In this document: positions 37,595 through 50,645 of the stretch, piece by piece
Layout: each line of letters opens with the position of its first letter
How positions within the stretch are numbered: the first letter of the stretch is position 1
From: Basidiobolus meristosporus CBS 931.73
Taxonomy: Eukaryota > Fungi > Basidiobolomycota
Direction: 5' to 3'
Length of the DNA stretch: 55,132 nt
NCBI GenBank assembly: GCA_002104905.1
Contig: MCFE01000591.1
Coordinates: 1 to 55,132 of the forward strand
Made by a program: the position numbers and the translations under genes
Notes under the pieces: generated by a model
Databases searched by the model: none
What the model was told of the DNA's origin: nothing
The model's input: only the letters and a program-made list of their open reading frames with translations

Positions 37595-37971
37595 ATGTCT
37601 TTCGGACGTCCACCGAACACCACCAGCTTCACCGCAAGTCCCCCCGACCGCGGGAGTTTCCCTCTGGATCATGACGGTACGGTAGTGCTCGTGGAGACGC
37701 TTGTGCCCGCGAAACCTTACTGAAGGTTTGCTTTTACAGGTGAATGCAAACAGGCCATGCTCGAGTACATGGAGTGTTTGAAAGAAAACAAGGCGATTAA
37801 TGGGGCCTGCCGCGACTTGTCCAAGGCATATCTAAAGTGTCGCATGGAGAGGTAACCAACCCACCAAACTTCGCTCGACGCGGACCTAGCTAACCTTCTT
37901 TCTTGCCCAGGGATCTGATGGCCAAGGATGACTTCAAGAACTTGGGCTTCACCTCCGGACCGAACACCTAA
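37595..37971 (+). CDS. COX19: COX19 twin CX9C mitochondrial assembly factor, two introns
   Basis: Spliced [67 protein letters not shown]. Confidence 0.95.
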
Positions 37972-39289
37972 CCCATACAGAACCCGGCATTTCTCTCTAC
38001 GTACCCGTACCCGTCCCCCGTCTCCATACGCTTCCACCACGCCTCCCCAAATTCTCCTCTTCCTACCGGCGTCCGTCGGTCGGCAGAAATACTGTATGCA
38101 TCATGTGAATAAATTCCATATTTCCTGCAGTTTGGCTGGAAACCTCGTGCCCTTCTCTCTTTCGAGGGGGATCCCTTGGATGGACCGACGTTGAGCAGCG
38201 GTATTGCTCTGCTCGAACGCGGGGTAGCCGCCGCCCTACGAGAGGATCAAGCCCCACGAGCGATTGGTATACACTTAACACATCTACCATTCACCGAACA
38301 ATGCTCCTGTTTGTCGTCACGTATCACCTGGAGCGCTCTTCTATGATCGATCCGCAATGCCCCGACGTCTTACCTTCTCCAGGGCTCTACCAAGGCTTAG
38401 CGATGGCTGGGTGATACCAGCCAGGTGCTGGTGCCACCAGTGTCGAAGTGTCTGGCGTACGTAGTGAACCCCATCCCATGAAGCACAGGCTTGTCGCTGG
38501 CCGCATTGCCATGCTCGGATCGAGCCTAGACCCATGGGCATGCAGTCGGATCGCCCGGTAAGTCGTCACCATTTGGGTTGATACAAAACCAGGCCCCGTA
38601 TGGTAACCACTTCGCTGGTGTAGCGAATCGATCGTTCTGGCCAGCTCCGCATGGGCTACCCACCGATGGAATGTCAACCGTAGCGATCGCCCGAGGGATT
38701 GGTGACCGGACTGTAGTATTCGAGCGGGGAATTCTGGATGGTCGGGAAGCCTGAGGAGCAGTCCATGGAGTTTCCACCGATTCGGTCTGCATCCTGGTTC
38801 CACATTTCACCCGGTCGGGGAAATTCGTTGGATGTTCGGGAGTTCGCGGGGATCGTGGGAATCGCCTACACACTGGCTGGGATCATTCGATGCTCTCAAT
38901 CCAGGCACTCTACTTTGTTGACCTCTAGCAAGAGGCCATTGTGGGTGGTAAAGACCTGTCTATGGGAAATATGGTATTTTTGGTTGTTCAACCGGTGATT
39001 GAGCGCATCAGCTATGGTAGATTATACTAATGGACTTGGGCCCACCTAATGGCTCCCTGGATATGCCCATGATATTGGTGAGAGTCATTGAACTTTCATT
39101 GGGTCTACCCTGTGGACATGTTCTATTCTGACTGCTAGAACTTGGTGTCTGCCAATAGAATATTGGAGGTCCATGCTAGGTACCCATTGTGGCTGAGCTC
39201 AGAGTTAGGATGGGGGGGAGTATAAGATATTAATAGCTAATGGATGCCATAGGTTGTATTAGCATGTTGAGTAGAGGCAATGGATTTGT

Positions 39290-40182
39290 TGTTAGAGTCT
39301 TGGAGATATTGGAAGTGTTTGGGAGAACAAGTAGATTATATGGTTTTCACCCAGTGATTTATTGAATGTAAAAGTAGTACTTGTACTTTTACATGGTCTT
39401 GGCATAAAAGACACTGTAGAATAGGTTTGGAAGGTCCCTAAAACATGTGTAGCAAAGTTTGGGGCTGTTTGGACAGCTTTGCAAATTTTCATGCTCAGGG
39501 TACCTGATATTCTGGTGAAAATATTCCAAGTAAATCCCAACAAGAAATTTGGTTAGTATTCTATAAGATTGGAAGGTAATCATCTAAGTGACCAAGCTGG
39601 GTGAATATTTAGGTGGAATTACAAATTTTTACAACACTCCCACTCAACTGAATGTTAAAACTGACTAGTCCTAATTTTGGCCTAAGATATTCAAGCTGTT
39701 TCTAGCTGATGGTTTGGTAAATATGCCTGCAATCATTTTGTCTGTAGGACAGTAAGCTAAGTTAAGTTGTTCTCTATAGCTACATGTATGAAATGATGTC
39801 AAATATCCATGTGCTCAGCTCTAGTATGAAAAGCTGGATTTCTACCTAATTGTATACTTCCTTGATAACTTCAATATAAGTAATAGGTGTTTTTTGACCT
39901 AAGCCTAAATCTGTAAAAAGCTTCCTTAGCCACATTGCTTCTTTTGTAGCCTCACAGGCTGTGAGATACTCTGCCTCTATGGCAGAAAGTGCTATGGTTG
40001 GTTGCTTTCTTGAATTCCATGAAACTGCTCCTTTACAGTAAAGAAAGGAGTATCCTGTGGCAGATCTTCTGTCTTCTAAATTTTGTCCCCAATCAGCATC
40101 AGAGTATCCCACAAGATCTTGTTTTGAATCTGTATAGGTGTACCTTAAGTAGAAATCAGCAGTTCCTTTTAGGTATCTAAAG
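39290..40182 (-). mobile_element. Ty1/copia element A, 3' part: RNase H remnant (39650-40182), PPT and 3' LTR (39290-39636)
   Basis: FRYLKGT..GYSDADWG..RRSATGY..VSWNSRKQ..EAEY..KEAMWL. A purine tract AGTTGAGTGGGAG lies next to an LTR starting TGTTG and ending AACA. Confidence 0.9.
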
Positions 40183-42655
40183 TGTTGCAAAAAATTTGTA
40201 ATTCCACCTAAATATTCACCTAACTTAGTCACTTAGATCATTACCTTTAAATCCTAGAGATTACTGACCAAATTCCTTGTTGGGATTTACTTAGAATATT
40301 TTCACCAAAATACCAGGGACCCAGAACATGAAAATTCTCAAAGTTGACCAAACAGCCCCAAGCTTTGCACACATGTTCTTGGGACCTTCCTTAACCTATT
40401 CTACATGCTGGTTGTGCCAAGACCATGTAAAAGTATTAATATTACTTTACATTCAATAAATCATTAAGTGAAAACCACACAATCTACTTGTTCTCCCAAT
40501 CTCTTCCAATATCTCCAAGACTCTTACAATAGGTTATGAGCCCCAAGCTGTCACTCTCTGCAATGTCTACTACTGCTATTACTGGAATTTTTCCCTCTGC
40601 TGAAAAGTTGGATGGATCTGACTACCAAGTGTGGAAGGTGAAGTTGAAGATGCCGCTATAAGAAAGAGGCCTTTGGGATATTGTCATAAGAGAAGAATGC
40701 CCTCCTAAAAATGTGGGAGAGGAAGCCTTACAGTACCAGAAGAAAGAACAAAGTGCCTTTAACTGCATTTGCCTAAATGTTAGTGACAAATTGCTAATTC
40801 AATGCACAAGAGCAAAAACAGCAAAGAATGCCTGTAAAGTATTAGAAGACATCTATCAGTCATGTTCAGCTGCTAAGTGAATGTATCTGAGATGAAAATT
40901 CTTTATTACAAAGATGCAGCCAGGAGAAGAAATGAAAAATCTAATTAACAGAATTACCCTGCTGGTTGATAAGATGGAATCTGTGGGCATATCAACTACT
41001 GATGAGGATGTGATAGTTACCATCCTAAATAGCCTGACAGATGAGCTTCAGGGCCTTGTATCAGCCCTAGAGTCCAGAACTGAAGATTTGACCTTAAATT
41101 ATGTATATAGAAGACTCCTGGATGAAGAATTAAGATAATCAATCACCAATCAGAAAGAAGAGAAGATGGTTTAATAAGCAGTGATAACCAACAAAGGAGG
41201 TACCCAAGACCCTACAAAGGCCACAGCAACCTGTTTTGTAACTACTGCAAAAGGAAAGGACATACATCTGACCTGTGTCTCAAAAAGAGAGATAATGAGC
41301 AAAAGAAGCCTGAAAATGGAAATGCTGCCACACCTGAAGACAGAATATTCATATCTGAGCTAAATATGACCACAAGCAAGGATTCTCAGATGTGGTATAT
41401 TGACTCTGGAGTATCTCAACACTTTACACACCCAAAAGAATTTTTACCCAACATCAAGAAATTCCGATTAAGAAGGTTTTCATAGATGACAATAGGACAC
41501 TTGATGCAGTGCAAGAAGGAACTATCCTAGTAAACCTTCAAAGCAGTGAAGGAAGCCATACACTGATCCTTAAAGAGGTATTCTATGTACCAGAAATAGC
41601 CAAGAGCCTACTATCTGTAAGCAAGGCCACAACAGAAGGACTCAGTTTCAGTTTTGACAATTCTGGATGCAGGATCACATGATCAAAATGGTGTCCATAT
41701 TGCTTTGGGCATCAGAGATCAGAATCTATACAAGTTGACTTATATTCCATCATATCTGGAAGTCAATAAAAGTAACTTAAATGAAGAAACGCCAATGCTT
41801 TGGCACAGGAGACTTGGTCACATCAATTTTGATTATTTGCACAAAATCGTCAAAGATCAGCTAATTCAAAGCACTGTGAAGCAGGCATACATGGGAAACA
41901 AGACAGACAACTGTTCAAGAGCTCTAGGGTAATCAAAACTAAGAAAAAATCAGATCCAATTCACTCAGATCTGTGTGGACCTATGCAAACTTTATTCCTA
42001 GGCAGGATAAGGTATTTTACCACTTTTACTGATGATTGTACAAGGTACACATGGGTCTACTTCACAGAGAGAAAGGAAGAAGCTCTGTCTAGGTTAAGGA
42101 AGCTTAAAGCTATGGTGGAAAGAGAAACTGGTGAAAAAATCAAGAAAATATGCTCTGACCATGGTGGAGAATATACCTCAAAGCTCTTCATCCACTTCTG
42201 CAAAGTTCATAGGATAAAGCAAAAGACTACTGTATCATACTCCCCACAGCAAAATGGAGTAGCAGAATGTGCAAACAGATCAATAATTGACATGGCAAGA
42301 TCAATGATCCATGATCAATAATTATTCTATGATTTTTGGGCGGAATCAGTTGCTGCAGCTGTATATCTTAAAAGTAGGGGTTATAACAGAGTACTTTGTG
42401 GTTTTACTCAATTTGAAGCATGGTATGGATACAGACCAAGTGCAGAGCATCTAAGAATATTTGGGTGTACAGCATAGGCCAAGAAACTGCCCAGAAATCA
42501 GTCAAAATTTGACCCAGAAAGTGTAAATGCATATTTTTGGGCTACTGCACTGAGAGTAAGACCTATTAACTCTATAATACCAAAGCAAAGAAGCTGATCA
42601 GTTTCAGGGATGTGTTGTTTGATGAAAATTCAATATTTTCACAAAAAATGAGATC
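40183..42655 (+). mobile_element. Ty1/copia element B: 5' LTR (40183-40528), PBS, and decayed gag, protease and integrase; 3' part missing
   Basis: TGTTG...TTACA LTR homologous to 39290-39636, PBS GGTTATGAGCCC, WYIDSG, LWHRRLGHINF, HSDLCGP, SDHGGEY and PQQNGVAE. Many in-frame stops. Confidence 0.92.
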
Positions 42656-42659
42656 AGAT

Positions 42660-44557
42660 CATTCAAGTACAAAGATATCCAATATATTAGATGGCAAACA
42701 CTACAAACAGCTAAGAAGCAAGGGCTACTTTGAAGGTATGTATGGCCATGCCTTTACCATAGCACTTGATGAATTCTCATTAGACAAGTACTCTACCAGC
42801 AAATCCTGCTGGCCACTGATTCTCATCAACCAGAGTCTGCTGCCTATCTTATGGTATTAGAGTTGAAATTTGATGGTAGTCTTACTGGTCTCTGGGCCTA
42901 AATCTCCATCCATCCTGGATGGCTACCTGTACGCATTGCTAGATGAGCCTAGTATGCCTTCCAGTAGGACAACAGTAAATGTCTATCATGCCAAAGCTCC
43001 TGTTATTATGTACATTCAAGATACCCAAGCTATCAGCAAGATAGCTAGCTTTTCTATGCACAATGGACAGTATTGCTGATAAATGTTTGCAATCCAGGGG
43101 ATCTACTCCATAACTCACAAGCATTATTATTACCCAAATGCCAACACTAAGAACATTATTTTCCTGCAGAGAGAACAAACAGGAGTCAGCAATCAATTGT
43201 AGCAAAGTTGGTAAGCTATGATCCATTGTGCAAAATATGGTATTAGTTGGAAGCCAGAGATACTTAAGATAGAGGGTATTTGTTGGAGCAAGAACTTTCC
43301 ACTGCAAGCAACACATTTGCTTTTCAACGATATCCATATACTTATGACCTCATTGTACATGTGGGTTTTCAGCTAGATGCACCCTTTTAGATCCCAAAGA
43401 AGTTTGAAAGAATTGGATATATATTATAGAGTATCCACTGCCCAAAGCACTTCTTGCAGGCTCCAATCAATAATCATATGCATATGTTACAATACCAATG
43501 GAAGGCCTGGATGAACTGAATATTTATTTATTCAAGTGGCCTATGCAACCACTTCTACTAAGAGTACATTGGAAGCATTGGGAGTCATGCATGGACATTG
43601 AAGGAATATTTATCCTGAAGCAGATCACCAATGCCAACTTCATAAGAAGCTGTTTCTATCAAGACTACATTGGAAGCTTGGGAGAAATATGTGGAAGTTG
43701 TAGGAATATTGATCCAGAAGTGGATCACCAATGTCAACTTAATGCATCTACAGCTTTTATGCAAGGAGTCTGTGATGGGATTTGCGCTGCTATGCCACAA
43801 GTATAGAGCCAAACATGTAGATCTCCACCTCTGCTGTAACCATTCTCTACTCCAGCTTTCTTGGTGTCTGGAGTATATTGGACCTTGCTTCACCTTCTGG
43901 GAGTTTTCTATGGAGCAGATGCATTGGGAGATAGGAAGACGTGTGAGCCTGCAGGTACTACCTTATTCCAATCTCATCAAGAGTATATCCTTCAAGGCCA
44001 TCATGGTTGTGATGAGCTAACAAATGATGGATAGCTAGGGTGAGTTGGAGAATACTGAGTATAGATTTATACATGGAAACACCTATGTCTTTCACATTAA
44101 GAATATAAGCAACCTCAGAATTGAATAGAAACTCAATAGCCCCAAGCTGCTGGCATTATTATGGCCTCATGGGGAATCCTGATGGCTGATCCAGATTGGA
44201 TCAACCTGCTGTACCAAATCATTTTTCATAGGGTAGCCCTAAGAAAAAAAATTGAGAAAAGGCCAGCAAAATACCATCATAGTATTGGCTGAACTCCAAG
44301 TTTCTCAAAATTGGCAACTCTCAATATCTCTGTTCTGAGCCAATGGGCAGGCAAGCAAACAGGTTCTCCAGGAGGAGACTAGGCAAACTAGCACCCATAT
44401 CAAATTTGGTAATTAGCTGCCCATTACTTCAATCAAAAATTGCATTTGAAATTCTGAGCCCAAAACACCAGCTGAATACCAGCAAAATATCATCAGAATA
44501 CCAGCAGAATATCAGCTAAAAATCAGATGAACTCCAAGTTTGGGATTTTTCATAGAG
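42660..44557 (+). mobile_element. CACTA/EnSpm-like DNA transposon remnant (Tnp2-type transposase, 5'-truncated) with putative terminal region
   Basis: DGKHY..KGYF, CWPLILIN..LP, GPKSPSILDGYLY..DE and GPCFTFWEFSMEQ..LPYSNL. Repeats of AATACCAGC-like motifs occur near 44470-44520. Confidence 0.7.
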
Positions 44558-44699
44558 TAGCAATATACAGAAGTTGCTGCAGGCTGATATACTGCCATTA
44601 CAATGCTTGCCAATGTCCACATTGAGGTAATCAGAACACCATCAGGCTTCTAGCTATAGGATGCAATTAGATGTACTGGCTAGCTTGATCCACAGTACC

Positions 44700-45720
44700 A
44701 GCTGAATACCAAGATATATGGGAACCAGTGATTGAACAGTGGCATAAGGCCATATAGTTCCCACTAAAGTCATGGAAAAAGGGCATAGCAATAGACATAC
44801 TTAACAAATAATGGATTTTAGTGTAGTTACTTGTTAAGTGTATGGTTGGGCTTAATATTGGTGTTGGGTATAGGTACTTGGGTAGGACAGCATAATTGGC
44901 AATTGAGTTACAACTGAAGTTCCCATGTAAATAAACCAATTTGTATGCAAAAAAAGTGAGTGCCTTAGTTTAGTCAGGAGGCAAGAAGTGTAAAAAAGAA
45001 GTAATAGCCAATCAATGTACACAAAGATAGATGAAGATTACTTTTCCAGTATCAGAAAGTGAGAGAACTGGCAGAGAACCAATCAATGCCACTTATGCGC
45101 TGCTGTGTTAAGGAACTTAACCAAGCTTATTGTGCAATCCAAAGGGTAACTCTTTTAGTGGTCTTTGCATGGTGTCTGCACTGCATCAATACTACTTGGT
45201 ACTGGGATTTATGTTTTGTGACTGCTTTTCAAGAGGATCATCACAGTTATTGGCCAATAATGGGTACATGCGGAGGTTGCAGCACTCATTGAAGAGCAGT
45301 ACTTGGAAAATGCTCATGAGTGTTGCAAGGATTTATGGCAAAGACTGGCAAATGAAGTATTAGACCTTGCAATGCTGGATGAAGACCAGGATAGATGGGA
45401 ACCAGTGGATGAACAGTGGCATAAAGCTGTATGGTTCCTGTCAAAGTTGTGGAAAAAGGGTGTGACAGCAAAAATACTTATTGAATGGTGGATTTTAATG
45501 GAGTTACTTGCTGAGTGTGAGGTTGGGCTTAATGTTGGTGCTGGGTAAAGGGACTTAAGTTGGCCAATAAAATTGGCAACTAAGGTACTACTGAAGTTTA
45601 ACCAGAAATAAATCAATCTGTATTCATGAATAGTAGAGCATTGGTTGAGTCAGGAAGCAAGGAGTGAAAAAAAGTGGCAATAGCTAAATAATGCTCACAA
45701 AGGTAGGAGGTGGTAGAGTA
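44700..45720. repeat. Two tandem diverged copies of a unit also found at 49120-49585 (CACTA-associated, unidentified)
   Basis: Shared TGGGAACCAGTG..GAACAGTGGCATAA..TGGATTTTA..GTTGGGCTTAAT..ACTGAAG strings at about 44710, 45395 and (in part) 49125. Confidence 0.75.
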
Positions 45721-45839
45721 TCTGTGATCCAAAATTTAGTGAGCTGGAAGTGTACCAATCAAATGCACCTATGTATAATGGTGATGGGAAATTTTGACTG
45801 AAATTTTTGTAAACTCTAAGATTCAATTTTTATAATGGT

Positions 45840-46197
45840 CATTGCATGATTCTCTTGGGACAGCAATACCTCTTTTGTAACTTCACAGGCTGTTGTGTAC
45901 TCTGCTTCTGTCATGAAGAGTGTTAGGATTGGCTGCATTCTTGGTTCCACAAAATGAAGTTAAGAAACATTATTATTTCTACAGTGTTTTGCCTGTTGTA
46001 AGAGTCTTGGAGATATTGGAAGTGATTTGGGGGGCAAGTAGAGTATGTGGTTTTCACTTAATGATTTATTGAATGTAAAAGTAATATTTATACTTTTGCA
46101 TGGTCTTGGCATGACAAATGCATAGAATAGGTTTAGTAAGGTCTCAAGTACATGTGTGCAAATTTTGGGGCTGTTTGCACAACTTTGAGAATTTTCA
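45840..46197 (-). mobile_element. Ty1/copia fragments: RNase H remnant and partial LTR (45997-46197)
   Basis: A TEAEY..ACEVTKE-like remnant, plus the reverse complement of the 3' half of the LTR at 40183-40528. Confidence 0.8.
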
Positions 46198-46199
46198 AA

Positions 46200-49100
46200 A
46201 GCTTAACAGTGTCTTGAAAGCCTCTTTGCAGGCCTCTGATAGTATTAAATTGGCAGTATGGTGGCCTACAGCTAGTACTGTAAAATGCTACTGTACCAAT
46301 TTACCAAATGGTATTTCCTTTTTCTACCTCCCCTTGTGCAATTCAAATATACCACTTTAGAAGAACCCCTCTTTATTTGCTTACCCACTACTACCTTGGG
46401 TATTCCACATATAGTTCAAATCAAAAAATACTATGGCCTGCTGCCTACTAACCTCTACACATACCCACACCTGTTGCAATTGCCATACTGCTATCACCTC
46501 AACTTTATGGCTTCTTAATGTGATACTTGCATAGTTGCCATATACCTTTTATTGCAGGTAACATACACATCTAGCAAACATATGCTTAGTTGCCTCCATT
46601 TCTGCCACAAATACCTCCTGAATATCTACAAAGAACTATTTGGTATTTGGCAAACATATTTCTTCTCCCTGCAGGATTCTAGTCCCCCTTATAGGTGCAT
46701 TATGGCTCTTGTCTGTGTGAAATATGTATTAAATGGTGCAGAAATGAGCTTATGACCAAGAGAAGCCTGGCATACTTTGGTAGGGTTCTCCTAATAAAAA
46801 TTAGTTGCTTGTTGCACCCAACCCAGCTTTGCATAACTTGACTGATTACCCACACATTGGGGCTGCTTGGCTTCTTAATGCCATAGGCATAGGTGTCTCC
46901 ATGTGCACATCTGTCCTGAGTATTATCCAACTCTTCCTGGCTGTCCTCCATGTGCCAACTCATTGCATCCATAACAGACTTTGAGGTAACATACTTGATG
47001 AGATTGGGATATGGTAGTACCTGCAACTTGACTTGTCATCTCCCCACAAATCTGCTCTATAGTAAACTCCCAAAAAGTGAAGCAAGGTCCAATATTCTCT
47101 ACACACCAAGCAAGATGGAGTAGCAAATGGATGCAGTAGTGGCAGGGATCTAGTGTTCAGCTTTATGTTTTCAGTACAGCTGCTCAAATCCTGTGACAAG
47201 CTCTTTGCACAAAAGCTGTAGATGTATTAAGTTGACATTGGTGATCCACTTCTGGATCAATATTCCTACAATTTCCACATATTTCTCCCAAACTTCCAAT
47301 GTAGTCTTGATAGAAACGGCTTCAGAAGGCCACCTGAATAAAAACATATCCAGCTCATCCAGTCCTTGCACTTGTATTGTTGCATATGCCTATGAATGCT
47401 GATTGGAGCCCTTGAGAAGTACTGATGGGAGCAGATTCTCTGTGATATCTTGCCAATTCTTTCAAATTTTGCCAGTAGCTCAAAGAGCCCATTTAGCTTG
47501 AAATGCCCCATGTACAACTTGGTCATCAGTATAGGGATATTGTAGAAAAGCAAATGCATTGGTCTCAGTGGAAAGCTTTTGCTCCAGAAGATACCCACTA
47601 TCTTAAGTATCTCTGGCTTTGAATTGATTCCATATTCCAGCTAATGGCTTATAGCTTGCTAACTTTGCTGCAATTGCATGCTGACTTCTGTACATTCTCT
47701 CTGCAGAAATATTATGTTCCTAGTGTTGGTGTTTAGGTAATAATAATGTGTGAGAGTTATGGAGTAAGTCCCCTGGATCTTACACATTCAACGCAATACC
47801 CCCCATTGTGCCCAGAAAAGCCAGCTATCTTAATGATGGCTGGGATATCTCCAATGCAGTAATAGTATGTGCTTTGACCTGGCAGCAACTTACTGTTATC
47901 CTGCCAGAAAGCATACAAAGCTCATCCAGTAATGGATACTGGGAGCTATCCAGGTTGGAAGGTGATTAAGGCCCCAAGATCAGTGAGAATACCATCAGAT
48001 TTTGGCTCTAATACTACAAGATAGGCAGCAAATACAGGTTGAATAGAATCAGTGGCTAGCAGGATTTGCCGGTAGAGTATGTGTTTGATGAGAATCTATC
48101 AAGTGCTAAAGCAAAGGCTTGGCCATACATACCTTCAAAGTATCCTTTGCTCCTTGGCTGTTTGTAATGTTTGCCATCTAATGTAGTGGATATGCTTGCA
48201 TTTGATTCATACTAAGTGCACTACTTTATAGCTTGATAATATATGTTGGACTGCATGAGCTTCTTGAGATGTGGTATTACTGGAATATATTGGGAGCTTG
48301 AACAATGTCTTTCCCCAATGGTGGTGGATTCCTGATAAGTTGGACTCCTTGCAATGGTGGTATCTTCTGATGTGAATGCCATGAAACCATTAACACATGC
48401 TGGTATCAGGACAGTCTCTAGGTCATATGTTGCCAGCCACATGATAGTTGTCTGTTTATACCATATACATGGTAAGTGGAATCCCATGATGGTTTTGCAA
48501 GAAGTAGTAGTAAGTATTCAAAGCCCCCACTATTGATATTAGTGGAAGCTTGCCACTTCTCTAGCCTCAACATCACATCATTTACCAGTAGAGGAATTAC
48601 TGGGCTCACTTGGCTCCACAAAATATCCTGGTCATTTTTTTTATTGGTATTGTCTCATTGCATAATGGGATTTTGCAGGGCTCTTGCAGGGCACTGTTGT
48701 TAGGGAAGATATGCCCACAATACATTAGTGAGCCTGCTTCTTGAGAGCTATCACTGTGTGTGCCATATTTAGAGGACTGGGTTGAGCCTAACAACACCAC
48801 ATTCAAGAGGCTGTCAGCAGTCTAGCACACCATCACCATAAGGCCAGCATACCATAAGACCATCAGGTACTCAAGGCCAAGCAGAATGCACTTGACATTT
48901 TCCATGAGCATTATCCTGGATTTCAGCAAGCAAACAGATTTTGGGCCATCATTGGTATGCTAAGAAAGTGTCTCCAGAATAGCAGGAACTATCAAAGGCA
49001 GAAGAATAGGGGTGTAATGGATAAAATCAGCAGCTTCCTCAAGAGCCTGTTGCAAGCAGGGCCAAAAGCTTCAAACAGGTGTCAAAGAGACATCAGGTAG

Positions 49101-49585
49101 CTGGAATAGTGCAGAAATACTCATTCAATGGTGGATTTTAATGGAGTTTTTTGTTGTATGTGGGGTTGGGCTTAATGTTCATGTAGGGTATAGGGGCTTG
49201 TATAGGTCAGTACAAATGACAATTAAGGTACAACTGAAGCTTCAACAGAAATATATCAATTTGTTTGCATGAAATGAAAGAGAAGTGGCTGAGTCAGGAA
49301 GTAATGAGTGTGGAAAAGATACAATAGCCAATGAATGCACACAAATGTAAGAGGTGATAGAGTGTCCATGATCAGAAAGCAAGAAAATTGGCAGAGAACC
49401 AATCAAAAGCCACTTTTGTATTGTTGTGATCAAAAGTTTTGACCAAGTTTTTTGTGATATCTGGGGTGCAATTATTTTTTGATAGTCTTTGCACAGTGTC
49501 CTAGTGGGATCAATACCTTTTAGTCATGGGACTTGGATTTTGTGATGGCCTTTTGACAGGGTCATCACAATAACTTTTCATAGAG
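46200..49585 (-). mobile_element. CACTA/EnSpm-like DNA transposon, second and longer decayed copy
   Basis: Homologous to 42660-44080 on the opposite strand. ACVNGFMAFT..QYIPVIPHL, DGKHY and LLHLAWCVENIGPCFTFWEF..PYPNL. Left boundary uncertain. Confidence 0.75.
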
Positions 49586-50645
49586 GATGCCGTATCAAGA
49601 CTAATATAACTTGCATAACCCAACCTGGTGAATGAATTGAATTGGCTAGCTTATTACCAAAGTATTAAGAGGACTAAGCCATTCCTAATGAGATGGATAA
49701 AGATGTCACAAAGATTATCCAGGATGAAGCCAGCAAACTTGTAGTAGATGATGAAACACACTACCAAATTGTGGATGGATGCCTTATTGCCTCTTGCCCC
49801 TATGCGCTTACCTGAATTTAATTCACCAGCTACATAATGGATATGGGCATCTGGATATCAAAGGATATTATAGCCTTGTAAGAGCTAGAGCATGGTGGCC
49901 CAGAATGAGAAAAGATATTGAGAAGCTGGTGAAACCATGCCCAAGTTTCCAAGTCAACCAAGGTCAACCACAGCAAATTGCTGAACTAATTCCCTGTAAA
50001 ACCATCTGAAAGATGGGGAATTGACTCTATTGGAAGACTGCTCACCACTAGGAAATGGCAAAGGAAACAGCAAAAACATTGGAAGCCTACCAGGGTAATG
50101 CAGCAGATCAAACATATGAAAACTTTGACATATTGCCATAGAACTAATGGAGTCACTGAGTGAATTAATGAATTATTTGGAAAATGCTGACTGAGTATAC
50201 ATTTGGAGCTTCAAGTTGATGGGACAAATAAATTGACTAAGCAATATTTACCTGCAGTATAAGGGAGCACAGCACTACCCAACAGTTTCCATTTTACTTT
50301 GTGTATGGATATAAACCATGGATTCCAGGAGATCTCACACAGCTAAAACTCACCAACAACTAGGAGGATGAGCTTAGTCAGCCTAGTGAGCATCAACAAT
50401 TGGAACAAAAATGTCAGGAGGCAGAGGCCAATATCTACAAAAGTGCAGATAAGATGAGTTAGAGATATGATAAGACTATATCACCAGAGGCTTTGACAGT
50501 TGAGAACTTTGTATTGCTGAGAAACTACACTTGGAAGAAGTTTGAGCCACAATTGACAGGACTATTCAAGATTATCAAAGAATGTCCATTTGCAGCTTAC
50601 CAGCTAGCAGGCAAGCAAGGAAATATCCAAGAAGATTTGGTTCAT
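49586..50645 (+). mobile_element. Ty3/gypsy integrase-region remnant
   Basis: Homologous to 54815-55132 (DAVSRL..HQLHNGYGHL..AWWPRMRKDI..CQV). Also contains a HRTNGVTE-like and a GPFKII-like segment. Confidence 0.85.

Noticed and set aside
38440-38530. DKPVLHGM resembling the MaoC/FOX2 hydratase motif (KPILHGL)
   Set aside because: The upstream NPLHID motif is absent in frame and the flanks do not align. Too short to support a call.
45840-46000. Second case of copia targeting its own RNase H region
   Set aside because: About 55 bp of unassigned sequence separates the LTR from the RNase H remnant and there is no TSD, so targeting cannot be claimed.
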